Positions 1 through 9,353 of a stretch of DNA of 64,000 nt are shown here, piece after piece. Location of the stretch: the NCBI GenBank assembly GCA_019694895.1, contig JAIBBA010000001.1, forward strand, positions 13,403-77,402, read 5' to 3'. The notes under the pieces are model-generated. The model worked only from the letters and a program-made list of their open reading frames with translations. It had not been told where the DNA came from and did not search any database. Both the position numbers and the translations under genes were made by a program. This stretch comes from Chitinophagales bacterium. GTDB lineage: Bacteria > Bacteroidota > Bacteroidia > Chitinophagales > BACL12. Position 1 is the stretch's first letter, and the number at the start of each line of letters is the position of its first letter.

Positions 1-48
1 GGTTTATGGAATCCATGATACCATTGCATCATACTGCAAAACAATATT

Positions 49-1716
49 ATGAAATCTCTCTGCACTGCACTTCTGATCTGCCTTTCCTTGCCTACATGGG
101 CCCAAAAGTCCATCGTTGTGAATACTGATATTGAAAAGGCCACCGTGTTTTTGAATGGGGCTCAACTATTTCATACGGCTTCAGTTCATATCCCCTCAGG
201 ACCTTCGGAAATCGTCCTGCAGGGCTTTTCAAATTCCCTCGATCAAAACTCCATACAGGGTGGGGGGAAAGGTGATTTTACTATTCTGGACATCCAATAT
301 CGATTGTTCTACCCCGAACCGGTTGATGTCACACCCGAATTATCGGCAATTGACAAGAAAATAAAAATCAAACAAGATTCAATTGTTGAAGTAGACTATG
401 ATTTGCGCGCTATTGCTGCAAAGCAAGAGGCTTTGAATGTGCAGAAAATGATGTTGATGAACAATGCACTTTTACATAATACAAATAATGATTCACTTGA
501 ATTACTTCAACATTCAATAGCATATTATGAATCAAAATTGAGTGAGGTGTTGGACAAATTATTAGAGCTCGACAAGCAATCATATGTATTGAACAACAGA
601 AGAGCAGCAATTACTGCAAGGATATCTGAACTATATGCTTATAGAAGTCAGCAAGCAGCCGGATCAAATCCCAACGCTATGATTCCTCAGGTGGTTATGC
701 AAGTTTATGCTGATGCCGCCGTTGATGCAAAAATGGAAGTGAATTACATCACGTACAATGCAGGTTGGTATGCAACATATGATATTCGTGCTAACGATAT
801 CGCCAAACCGGTTGAACTTGCCTACAAAGCAAATGTTTGGCAGAATTCAGGTATCGAATGGAAAAATGTGAAATTGACATGTTCAACCGGGAATCCTATG
901 CAGGGTAATACATTACCTGAGCTTACTGCATGGTATCTGGGTTATTACCAATATTATTACGACCGCGATGTGCAAACATTATCAGGCGCAACAGCTCCGG
1001 CTGCAGCAACAAAATCATTGGAGGAAGTGGCAGGATATGATGATTTTAAAGATGAATCGTTGCAAAAATCTACAAATGCATCAAACTTCACCACACAAAA
1101 TGCAACTGTTGCCAATGTCGAATTTGAAATCAACTTGAAGTATACTGTGCCAAGTGATGGAAAGGGACATGTTATTGCCTTGCAATCAGAGCAATTGAAA
1201 ACAAAATATAATTATCTGATCATTCCGAAGCTTGAACAATCTGCATTCCTGATTGCACGCATTACAGATTGGGAAAAAATCAATTTACTTCCCGGCAATG
1301 CCAATATTTATTTCAACAATACCTACGTTGGCAAAACATATCTTAATCCTCTTACTTTAAGTGATACACTTTCAGTATCCATGGGTCGCGACAGATCCAT
1401 TGAAGTGAAGCGTGAATTGCTTGCCGATAAATCAACCGATAAAATTTTGAATGCAAAAGCACATAAGACAATGAGTTATACCATTGATGTGCGCAATACC
1501 AAAGCCATTGGCATTGAGATAATCCTAAAAGACCAAGTGCCTCTTTCAAACGATGACGATGTGAAGGTAGAGGTGCTTGAGCAGAGTGCTGCTCAACTCA
1601 ACGAGGATACCGGTATCCTCACCTGGAGAGAAACCCTCGCTTCCAAACAGAAGAAAACCTGGACCTTCGGATTCGAAGTAAGTTATCCAAAAGACGAACC
1701 ACTCAGTTTGCAATAA
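49..1716 (+). CDS. DUF4140/DUF4139-family (MuiA-like) secreted protein
   Basis: 555-aa ORF with ATG at 49. Signal peptide MKSLCTALLICLSLPTWAQ. The N-terminal block ATVFLNGAQL...IVLQGFSNSLDQNSIQ, a central coiled-coil and a beta-rich C-terminal half match this family from memory. A strong hairpin terminator follows. Confidence 0.6.
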   Translation: MKSLCTALLICLSLPTWAQKSIVVNTDIEKATVFLNGAQLFHTASVHIPSGPSEIVLQGFSNSLDQNSIQGGGKGDFTILDIQYRLFYPEPVDVTPELSAIDKKIKIKQDSIVEVDYDLRAIAAKQEALNVQKMMLMNNALLHNTNNDSLELLQHSIAYYESKLSEVLDKLLELDKQSYVLNNRRAAITARISELYAYRSQQAAGSNPNAMIPQVVMQVYADAAVDAKMEVNYITYNAGWYATYDIRANDIAKPVELAYKANVWQNSGIEWKNVKLTCSTGNPMQGNTLPELTAWYLGYYQYYYDRDVQTLSGATAPAAATKSLEEVAGYDDFKDESLQKSTNASNFTTQNATVANVEFEINLKYTVPSDGKGHVIALQSEQLKTKYNYLIIPKLEQSAFLIARITDWEKINLLPGNANIYFNNTYVGKTYLNPLTLSDTLSVSMGRDRSIEVKRELLADKSTDKILNAKAHKTMSYTIDVRNTKAIGIEIILKDQVPLSNDDDVKVEVLEQSAAQLNEDTGILTWRETLASKQKKTWTFGFEVSYPKDEPLSLQ

Positions 1717-1731
1717 GCTGATTGGGTAAGT

Positions 1732-1775
1732 GCAGCAGCACCCCGGCGCTCAAGTCGGGGTGCTGCTTTGTGTTT
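1732..1775 (+). terminator. Rho-independent terminator
   Basis: GCAGCAGCACCCCG / CGGGGTGCTGC stem followed by TTTGTGTTT, 16 nt after the stop at 1716. Confidence 0.7.
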
Positions 1776-1962
1776 GATATCCCTGAATGGGTGTGGATAA
1801 CAGAGGTTTAGGCTGCGCTTAAATCGTGTAATTTTACATATGTTTCCGATGGAGCTCAATAAAACCATAAAAAATATTGGTCTTTGTCGGAATTAAAAGT
1901 CTTTTTACAATGTTATGATTTAGAAAGCGTTAATTTTGCACCTTCCTTTTCAACAACGAACG

Positions 1963-2604
1963 ATGTACACCCTGCCCAAATTCACAAAATCACTTGCAAT
2001 GGTGGCCGCAGCTATCCTCCTGACGGTATCTACCAGCCTGTATGCCGGCAACGGAAATTACAGGAATTCACCTTACGGACGCGATCCTAACCCTGTTCGT
2101 GTTTACTATTTTGGTTATGACCTTACCAATCCCGGTTTTGGAATTGGCACGGAAGTTAACCTCAGCTGGACAAAAATGGAAAAAAGCGGCTGTAAAGGTT
2201 CTCGTATATCTGATCGCCAGTTTATGATGATTCCTAATCTTGGTATGTTCACCAATGAGGCCGGTTCTCAAAGTATCTTCGGAAACCTTGAGTTTGCGTA
2301 TGCGGTAACATATCGCCACGGACTTACCCTTGAGGTATTCGGTGCCGGTGGTTATGCCCAAATGCTCAGCGAATTGACCAACGACCAGGCTGATAACTCT
2401 AAAATTACAAACGGAACAGCATCAGAAACGGCCTACAGCGGTTTTATGCCATCTGCCGGAGTTGGCATTGGCTACGATTTCCAGAAACTCAATGGCAAAG
2501 ATTTTCCGTTGGAACTGAATTTCCGTGGGTTGGCCACTTCTACAAATATTGGTGAAAGTATTATCACTCCTGCTTTTCAGACAGGTTTGATCTATAGCTT
2601 TTAA
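1963..2604 (+). CDS. hypothetical outer-membrane beta-barrel-like protein
   Basis: The ORF track starts at a TTG (1936). ATG at 1963 gives MYTLPKFTKSLAMVAAAILLTVSTSLYA, a signal peptide. Gly/aromatic-rich alternating strands and a C-terminal ...GLIYSF (terminal Phe) are typical of OMPs. Confidence 0.5.
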   Translation: MYTLPKFTKSLAMVAAAILLTVSTSLYAGNGNYRNSPYGRDPNPVRVYYFGYDLTNPGFGIGTEVNLSWTKMEKSGCKGSRISDRQFMMIPNLGMFTNEAGSQSIFGNLEFAYAVTYRHGLTLEVFGAGGYAQMLSELTNDQADNSKITNGTASETAYSGFMPSAGVGIGYDFQKLNGKDFPLELNFRGLATSTNIGESIITPAFQTGLIYSF

Positions 2605-2631
2605 CGAATAATTCAGATAAAATTCTTCTTT

Positions 2632-2671
2632 GGGGTCAAGGGTTTCATTACCTTTGACCCCAAATTTTTTT
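2632..2671 (+). terminator. Rho-independent terminator
   Basis: GGGGTCAAGG ... CCTTTGACCCC stem (one bulge), then AAATTTTTTT ending immediately before ATG 2672. This argues against the 2630 start in the ORF track. Confidence 0.75.
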
Positions 2672-5068
2672 ATGAAAAAATATACACTTCTGGTATTGAC
2701 CCTCGCCATTTCTATGGGTCTGAAGGCTCAATACCCTCTCGTGGAGATCTACGACATCCAATATAAAGATGCTGCCGCCCTGGCTGCAGAAGATGATCTT
2801 TCTGCGTACGATGGCGATACGGTCAGAATACAAGGTATCGTTACTTTTAACCCTTGCGATTATGCCCTGTCATCTACCGGAAGCCGCATGGGAACATGGT
2901 TGCAGGATGAAGACGGCGGTCCATTCTCAGGAATTCACGTACTCATCGACTTCTCTGCCATCGGTTATACCGATCTTGAATCTTTAAATGATGCAACCTT
3001 GTTTGTAGATAATTTCCAGGTAGGGAATATCGTAGAATGCACAGGTATTGTTAACTCCTTTGAAGGAAATACTCAATTCTTGCTGTTACCGATAGAAACA
3101 AGTATTGTTGGCTTCACAACCTTGCCGACTCCTGTTCCTGCTGAAGTGAGCGAGCTTGAAGTGAGTGATGGCGCAGGCGGACAGGTAATTAATACAGTCG
3201 ACGGAGAGCAATATGAAGGACGTTATGTGGAGTTTACGAATGTGTATGTTACTGATGTTACACCTTCGGGATTGCGTTGGTTCTGGTACTTACAGGATGC
3301 TGATGGAAACAAGATTCAGATCCGCGATGTGAGTGGCCACTTCCGCAATGATACTTACGACGATGAATGTAATATGTGGGCCGGTGGTGCAGCAGGTGAA
3401 ACGAATACACCTGATGCCTATACACCGCCTGCAATTGGAACTAACCTGGCTTATGTAAGAGGTGTTATTCTGGAATTCACCGCTGCTACCCAATATGGTA
3501 TCGCTCCATTAACATTGGAGGATATTGGCCCTTCTTTGTTGTCACCACCTATCATTACAGATATTACCAGAACACCGGTAGTAGCAACACCTGCTGATGA
3601 GGTTACTATTTCTTGTTCAATTACTGATCTCGACGGCACAGTTGCTTCAGCTGATCTTTATTACAGCTATGGCTATGGCAGCACTGATTGGAACCTTGCA
3701 ACTATGTCTAATACCGGTGGCGATAGCTGGGCCGGCGCAATTCCGGGTCCCGGTATTGACAGTACTTATGTAAATTATTATATCACAGCTTTTGACGATG
3801 ATGGCAATAGTATTTCAAACCCGACTGCCGCTGCTCCCAATACATATATTGTATATGCCGATGGTATAAACTCCATCGTTCAAATTCAGAATACACCTTA
3901 TACTTCAGGAGCATCTGTTTGGGCAAATGATAGCATTGCCGATATGCAAATCGAGGCCATCGTTACCTCAACTACACAGACCTACGATCTCGGAATGGTC
4001 GCTGTGCAGGAAGGTGAAGGTGCCTATGAAGGTATTTTTATCAAATCTGTCCCCGGCGATGGCACTGATGTGTTAAACCGCGGCGACCTGATTCGTATTA
4101 CCTCAGGTAAAGTGATTGAGGAATTTGGTGTTACCAAACTCACAAACATTACCTATACCAAACTTTCTGAAATGAACGACCTCCCTGCTTTCCATACAGG
4201 GTTAAATCCGTTGGATGTAGACGCCAAGCTATATGCCGCTACTGAACCATGGGAAGGGATGCTTGTGCGTTTCGACAATGCTTTTGTTACCTCAAACAAT
4301 GCTGATGCCGCTACCGGCGGTGCTTTTGGCGAGTGGAGGGTGAACCTCAGCAATACCCCTGAAGTTGGCATGCGCTGCGATGACTACTCTTATGAGTTGC
4401 CTTTCGAATTTGGCACAGACAGCCTTGCTATGGGGCAGTCGCTCAGCTATATCCAGGGCTTGATGTATTACAGTTTTAGTAACTGGAAACTCCTTCCTCG
4501 CGATAAAAATGATATCGATGGATACCACACCACCTATCCAAACAGTATCGTCCTTTTCAATTTCACCACTCCGGTAGCTAGCGGAGCTATCGATCAGGCA
4601 GCAGGTACTATCACCCTGACCGTACCGGTAGGAACTGATGTAACAGCCTTAGTGCCCACTATAGACTACACAGGACAGTATGTTGACCCGGTAGGAGGGG
4701 TAGCTCAAAACTTCACTTCTCCGGTCAATTATACATGCTTTTCACCGGTAGATTATACGCCTAAAACCTACGTGGTTACGGTGAATTTCGGGGTTTCGGC
4801 AACTGCACTTGCCATGGCTGAAATGACCGTTTCCCCTAACCCTGCGACTGACGAAATGACCGTTGAAATTGACATGCCGTCAGCATCAGACATTACCTTC
4901 GATCTTCTGGATTTAGAAGGACGTAAAGTGCTGACAACCAGCGAGTTATGTACTGTGGGAAAAAATATTTTCAGATTTGATTTGAGGGGACTTTCAAACG
5001 GATTATATTTGCTTCAGTTAAGTTCTTCAACAGAAACTACGATACGAAAGATAGAGGTTTCCAGATAA
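2672..5068 (+). CDS. T9SS C-terminal-sorting-domain secreted multidomain protein
   Basis: Signal peptide MKKYTLLVLTLAISMGLKAQ. The last ~80 aa (VSPNPATDEMTVEIDM...GLYLLQLSS...IRKIEV) form a typical Por/T9SS type A CTD. The body contains three IYDIQ/IVQIQ-type OB-like modules and Ig-like modules. Confidence 0.8.
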   Translation: MKKYTLLVLTLAISMGLKAQYPLVEIYDIQYKDAAALAAEDDLSAYDGDTVRIQGIVTFNPCDYALSSTGSRMGTWLQDEDGGPFSGIHVLIDFSAIGYTDLESLNDATLFVDNFQVGNIVECTGIVNSFEGNTQFLLLPIETSIVGFTTLPTPVPAEVSELEVSDGAGGQVINTVDGEQYEGRYVEFTNVYVTDVTPSGLRWFWYLQDADGNKIQIRDVSGHFRNDTYDDECNMWAGGAAGETNTPDAYTPPAIGTNLAYVRGVILEFTAATQYGIAPLTLEDIGPSLLSPPIITDITRTPVVATPADEVTISCSITDLDGTVASADLYYSYGYGSTDWNLATMSNTGGDSWAGAIPGPGIDSTYVNYYITAFDDDGNSISNPTAAAPNTYIVYADGINSIVQIQNTPYTSGASVWANDSIADMQIEAIVTSTTQTYDLGMVAVQEGEGAYEGIFIKSVPGDGTDVLNRGDLIRITSGKVIEEFGVTKLTNITYTKLSEMNDLPAFHTGLNPLDVDAKLYAATEPWEGMLVRFDNAFVTSNNADAATGGAFGEWRVNLSNTPEVGMRCDDYSYELPFEFGTDSLAMGQSLSYIQGLMYYSFSNWKLLPRDKNDIDGYHTTYPNSIVLFNFTTPVASGAIDQAAGTITLTVPVGTDVTALVPTIDYTGQYVDPVGGVAQNFTSPVNYTCFSPVDYTPKTYVVTVNFGVSATALAMAEMTVSPNPATDEMTVEIDMPSASDITFDLLDLEGRKVLTTSELCTVGKNIFRFDLRGLSNGLYLLQLSSSTETTIRKIEVSR

Positions 5069-5098
5069 CATTTTTGCCATTGGAAACCTGTTTTGGTT

Positions 5099-5137
5099 AA
5101 CCCGTTCCGGACACAATCCGTAACGGGTTTTTTTTTG
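5099..5137 (+). terminator. Rho-independent terminator
   Basis: AACCCGTT(CCGGA...TCCG)TAACGGGTT stem followed by a T9 run. Confidence 0.75.
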
Positions 5138-5215
5138 ATTGTAAAACATCATCAATAAATCATACAATCAAAAAGTGAAGTATTTATTGCACGGTAAAAT
5201 TTGAATTCGTTGCAG

Positions 5216-5244
5216 CAAAAAAAAATCCGGCAACATGGCCGGAT
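5216..5244 (-). terminator. Rho-independent terminator of ndk
   Basis: ATCCGGC / GCCGGAT stem with an A-run on the plus strand, which is a T-run on the minus strand, just downstream of the ndk stop. Confidence 0.7.
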
Positions 5245-5269
5245 CTTCTTTTCTTTTCGTGATTTATTT

Positions 5270-5689
5270 TCAGAAGCGTTCCAATTTGCTAAAATGAAAA
5301 TCGCCTTCGATAGCTGCATTCTCATCACTGTCGGAACCATGCACTGCATTTTCACCAATGCTGGCAGCATATAATTTACGAATGGTGCCTTCATCAGCTT
5401 TTGAAGGATCAGTTGCACCAATCAGTTTGCGGAAATCTTCAACTGCATTTTCTTTTTCAAGAATTGCAGCAACGATCGGACCAGAGCTCATGAAATCTAC
5501 CAGTTCACCATAGAACGAACGTTCTTTATGAACAGCATAGAATTCACCGGCTTTCTCTTTGCTCAGCTTAGTGTATTTCATTGCAACAATGCGGAAGCCC
5601 GCTTCGTTGATCATTTTTAAGATGGGACCGATGTAGTTCTTTTTAACAGCATCGGGTTTGATCATGGTTAATGTGATATTTCCTGCCAT
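5270..5689 (-). CDS. ndk: nucleoside-diphosphate kinase
   Basis: 139 aa. [10 protein letters not shown]..., [27 protein letters not shown] (active-site His context) read as full-length canonical Ndk. Confidence 0.95.
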   Translation of the reverse strand: MAGNITLTMIKPDAVKKNYIGPILKMINEAGFRIVAMKYTKLSKEKAGEFYAVHKERSFYGELVDFMSSGPIVAAILEKENAVEDFRKLIGATDPSKADEGTIRKLYAASIGENAVHGSDSDENAAIEGDFHFSKLERF

Positions 5690-5752
5690 AACATATTATT
5701 TTCGGGCGCAAAGATACGTATTCGTAACGTCCATTTTAATAAAAAATAAAAA

Positions 5753-6802
5753 ATGGTGACCTTAGTACCCGAATTAACTATGGAACTGACCAATCTCTTT
5801 AACTGGCTCAAGCAACCAAGAAGGATTACATTGCTTACTCATGTGCGTCCCGATGGCGATGCAATAGGCTCGGCACTTGCCATGAAAATGTACCTCGAGA
5901 AGAAAGGTCATACCGCCAATGTAATCGCACCTGACGATTTTCCCGACTTCCTCGATTGGATGCCGGGTAGTAAACAAGTATACATCCATCAGCGCAATCG
6001 CAAGACCTGCTTTGCTATTCTAACACAGTCAGATGCTATATTCTTTCTCGACTTTAATGCCATCAAACGTATTGAAGCTTTGGGGGAAGATGTAATGAAA
6101 CTGACAAGACCATATGTAAGCGTGATGATAGACCATCACAGGGAGCCGGATAATTTCACGGATTACAGATTGTGGAACGACCATGCCAGTTCAACTGCTG
6201 AATTGGTATATACATTTATGGAGATGGCAGGTGATATCCATCTGTTGGATCAGGATATGGCTGCGTGCATTTATGCAGGAATTGCACTCGATACCGGTAT
6301 ATTTCAGTATAGCAACACAACCGCACACGTCCATGCTATTGCAGGGAAGTTGATGGAATATGGCATTAAAGTTGATCGTATTCATAACGACCTCTATAAT
6401 CAATATGGAGAAAACAGAATACGCTTTATCGGATATCTCTTATCGCAAAAATTGCAGATCATACCTGCATATAGAGCAGCATACATGAGTATAACCATGG
6501 CAGAAGCTGAACAATATAAATTGAGCATAGGTGATAAGGAGGGAATTGTTAATCTTCCTTTGGCGATGAAGGATATAGATATAGCGGTGCTTTTTACCGA
6601 AGACAAAGGAAAAGTTAAAATGTCGCTGAGGTCTAAAGGCGATGTGAATGTTGAGATTTTGGCACGAAATTTCTTTAATGGTGGTGGACATATGAATGCT
6701 TCCGGCGGCTCATCAAAGCAGTCGCTTGAGGATACCATAAAAACCTTTGAAGAGGTGTTGCCAAAATTTTATGCCATGCCTGAAGCAAATACAAATCAAT
6801 AA
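5753..6802 (+). CDS. nrnA: DHH-family bifunctional oligoribonuclease/pAp phosphatase NrnA
   Basis: DHH motifs HVRPDGDAIGS and MIDHH, plus DHHA1 motif GGGHMNASG. The true start could be the internal ATG at 5780. Confidence 0.85.
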   Translation: MVTLVPELTMELTNLFNWLKQPRRITLLTHVRPDGDAIGSALAMKMYLEKKGHTANVIAPDDFPDFLDWMPGSKQVYIHQRNRKTCFAILTQSDAIFFLDFNAIKRIEALGEDVMKLTRPYVSVMIDHHREPDNFTDYRLWNDHASSTAELVYTFMEMAGDIHLLDQDMAACIYAGIALDTGIFQYSNTTAHVHAIAGKLMEYGIKVDRIHNDLYNQYGENRIRFIGYLLSQKLQIIPAYRAAYMSITMAEAEQYKLSIGDKEGIVNLPLAMKDIDIAVLFTEDKGKVKMSLRSKGDVNVEILARNFFNGGGHMNASGGSSKQSLEDTIKTFEEVLPKFYAMPEANTNQ

Positions 6803-6817
6803 ATCAATAATCGTGAT

Positions 6818-7459
6818 ATGAAAAAAACAAGTGTATTGTTATTACTAGCCGTGCTGATGCATTCGGCAGTATTCGGTCAAAGTGATCGTAAAAAATACAA
6901 GCATCTTCCCGATGGATTGTATGCCGAAGTGCAAACAACAAAAGGCAATATCCTGCTATTTCTGGAATTCCAGAAAGCGCCTCTCACAGTTGCCAACTTT
7001 GTGGGACTGGCAGAAGGAAAAATTGAAAATACCGCTAAACCACTGGGCACACCTTACTACGATGGACTAACCTTCCATCGTGTCATTGCTGATTTCATGA
7101 TACAGGGTGGTGATCCTTCAGGCAATGGCTCCGGCGGACCGGGTTATGCTTTCAAAGATGAATTCCATAGCGACCTTCGTCATACAGGTCCGGGAATTTT
7201 ATCAATGGCAAATGCCGGCAAATTCACCAACGGAAGTCAGTTCTTTATTACGCACAAAGAAACGCCATGGCTCGACAATAAACATGCTGTTTTCGGACAT
7301 GTGGTTGAAGGCCAGGATGTGGTGAACGCTATTCAACAAGGCGATAAGATCAATCATATCAAAATCATACGCAAAGGAAAAGCAGTTAAAAAATATGACC
7401 CCGCTGCAGTTTTCAAATCATTTGAAGATAAAGGCGATGTAAAACGCCAGGGTAAATAA
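6818..7459 (+). CDS. cyclophilin-type peptidyl-prolyl cis-trans isomerase (secreted)
   Basis: Signal peptide, then FHRVIADFMIQGGDPSGNGSGGPGY...SMANAG..TNGSQFFIT, the canonical cyclophilin core. Confidence 0.92.
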   Translation: MKKTSVLLLLAVLMHSAVFGQSDRKKYKHLPDGLYAEVQTTKGNILLFLEFQKAPLTVANFVGLAEGKIENTAKPLGTPYYDGLTFHRVIADFMIQGGDPSGNGSGGPGYAFKDEFHSDLRHTGPGILSMANAGKFTNGSQFFITHKETPWLDNKHAVFGHVVEGQDVVNAIQQGDKINHIKIIRKGKAVKKYDPAAVFKSFEDKGDVKRQGK

Positions 7460-7463
7460 CAAC

Positions 7464-7496
7464 AAAAAAGGCGATGAGTGATCATCGCCTTTTTTG
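7464..7496. terminator. bidirectional Rho-independent terminator
   Basis: AAAAAAGGCGATG agtgat CATCGCCTTTTTT between convergent genes. Confidence 0.75.
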
Positions 7497-7510
7497 TTAA
7501 TTGTATTTTG

Positions 7511-7909
7511 TCAGATCACTGCTTCAAGGTAATAAACCTGATTAGTATCTGCATTGCGATCTTCTAAAGTCATTTCATTATTCGTAAGCGTTAAAACATT
7601 AAACACACGCGATTGAAATTCATCTGACAATGTCAGAATATTATCGCCATCGCTGAAAATGTAAATACCGGTAATAGTAACAGGTGTTGCACCTACGGTA
7701 TATGTTTCAGTATAATCCTGATCTTTCTCACAAACTAAAGTGTAGGTGCCATATGTGGCTACAAATAATGGCGTTTGATCGTATCCGTCAACTTCATATT
7801 TGTAAACCGTCCATGTGCGTGTGATATGTTCAATAGCTTCACTCTCCTTGAAATTATCGCAGGAGGTGAACGAAATAATAACAGCTATGATCAATATCAG
7901 TTTTCGCAT
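7511..7909 (-). CDS. lipocalin-like small lipoprotein (hypothetical)
   Basis: Lipobox MRKLILIIAVIISFTSC. The TWTVYKYEVDG...TLTNNEMTLE pattern resembles lipocalin-like domains common in Bacteroidota. Confidence 0.55.
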   Translation of the reverse strand: MRKLILIIAVIISFTSCDNFKESEAIEHITRTWTVYKYEVDGYDQTPLFVATYGTYTLVCEKDQDYTETYTVGATPVTITGIYIFSDGDNILTLSDEFQSRVFNVLTLTNNEMTLEDRNADTNQVYYLEAVI

Positions 7910-7928
7910 TTTGCTTTTCGCAGCAACA

Positions 7929-9320
7929 TTAATTTAGTTCAGGCACGGATGACTCAGTTGGTAAATCAGTTTTCTTGATTCCTGTCCATCCGTTTCGCAC
8001 ATTTACAAAATTGTTTAAACCATTCGCTTTTAAAATTGATGCTGCCATCATACTTCTGTAACCTGCCGCGCAATGCATAATATATTGTTTGTTAGGTTGC
8101 AATTCATGTAAACGAGCACCAATCTCACTTAATTGTATATTAATGGCGCCACTGATATGTTCGTTTTCGAATTCAGATGGTTTGCGCACATCCAGCACAA
8201 TATAATCGTCATTACCCATATATGGTTTAATGCTGCCAGGGTCGATGGTGGTTACCGTTTCAATAGTTCTGCCTGATTGTATCCAAGCATCAATTCCACC
8301 TTCAAGAAAACCTAATACATTTTCATATCCAACGCGTGCAAGTCGCAACACTGACTCCGATTCTTTTCCTGGTTCAGTAACCAAAACAAGCGGTTGATCG
8401 ATATCAACCAAAGTGCCTACCCAAACAGCAAACATTCCGTTGAGGCCGATATTTAATGCATTAGGAATAAATGCTTTTTCAAAAATATCGGCAATTCGGG
8501 TATCTAATATTAAAGCACCTGATTCCACCGCGGTTTCAAATGCTGTTATTGAAAGTGGTTTTGCATTTTTTGCCATTACCATTTCTACATCTTCATAGCC
8601 CTGCTTGTTAATGCGTGCATCTTCGAAAAAATATTTTGGTGGTTGCGATAAACCATCGGTAACGGCGGCGATAAATTCATCACGCGTCATTGGCTGCAGT
8701 GCGTAATTAGTTTGCTTCTGAATGCCAATGGTGGAAAATGTTTCTTTCCCCATGCTTTTACCACAGGCACTTCCAGGGCCATGAGCAGGATATACTACAA
8801 CATCATCTGCTAACGGCTTTATTTTATTATTCAGCGAGTCATACATTTTGGATGCCAGTTCTTCTTTGGTCATAATACCATCCAAAAGATCCGGACGACC
8901 AACATCGCCAACAAATAATGTATCACCGGTAAAAATGCAGTGGTCTTTTCCATTGGCATCTATCAACAAATAACAAGTAGATTCCAATGTGTGACCCGGC
9001 GTATGTAATGCGCGAATTTGAAGTGAGCCTACATGAAATATTTCACCATCTGCAGCATTTACTACATCATAGGATGTATTTGCCTCTGGTCCGTAAACAA
9101 TTTGAGCTCCGGTTTGACGAGCTAGATCAATATGGCCTGAAACAAAATCTGCGTGAAAATGTGTTTCAAAAACATATTTGATTTTTGCCCCGCGAGAAGC
9201 AGCTTTTTCAATATATGGAGCCGTATCGCGAAGTGGATCAATGATAGCTGCCTCGCCATTACTTTCAATGTAATAGGCCGCTTCAGCTAAACAATTCGTA
9301 TATAGTTGTTCTATGTACAT
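7929..9320 (-). CDS. MBL-fold persulfide-dioxygenase-like protein fused to rhodanese domains (CstB/Blh-like)
   Basis: Metallo-beta-lactamase motif ETHFHADFVSGH and HTPGHT. The C-terminal half holds two rhodanese-like modules, the last with active-site loop HCAAGYRS. Confidence 0.8.
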   Translation of the reverse strand: MYIEQLYTNCLAEAAYYIESNGEAAIIDPLRDTAPYIEKAASRGAKIKYVFETHFHADFVSGHIDLARQTGAQIVYGPEANTSYDVVNAADGEIFHVGSLQIRALHTPGHTLESTCYLLIDANGKDHCIFTGDTLFVGDVGRPDLLDGIMTKEELASKMYDSLNNKIKPLADDVVVYPAHGPGSACGKSMGKETFSTIGIQKQTNYALQPMTRDEFIAAVTDGLSQPPKYFFEDARINKQGYEDVEMVMAKNAKPLSITAFETAVESGALILDTRIADIFEKAFIPNALNIGLNGMFAVWVGTLVDIDQPLVLVTEPGKESESVLRLARVGYENVLGFLEGGIDAWIQSGRTIETVTTIDPGSIKPYMGNDDYIVLDVRKPSEFENEHISGAINIQLSEIGARLHELQPNKQYIMHCAAGYRSMMAASILKANGLNNFVNVRNGWTGIKKTDLPTESSVPELN

Positions 9321-9353
9321 GTGTGTGGTTTATTGATATGAAAAACCAATAAA

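Noticed and set aside
2630-2671. Longer N-terminal extensions proposed by the ORF track. They are at 2630, 1936, 10682, 12049, 12073, 30849, 30861, 34257, 49519, 51176, 59641 and 62049.
   Set aside because: Several begin at TTG or GTG, run through upstream terminator hairpins (2632-2671, 49512-49546), or overlap the upstream gene. In each case an internal ATG gives a canonical N-terminus: a signal peptide, MNLHEYQ for sucC, or MRAALISIGDE for cinA.
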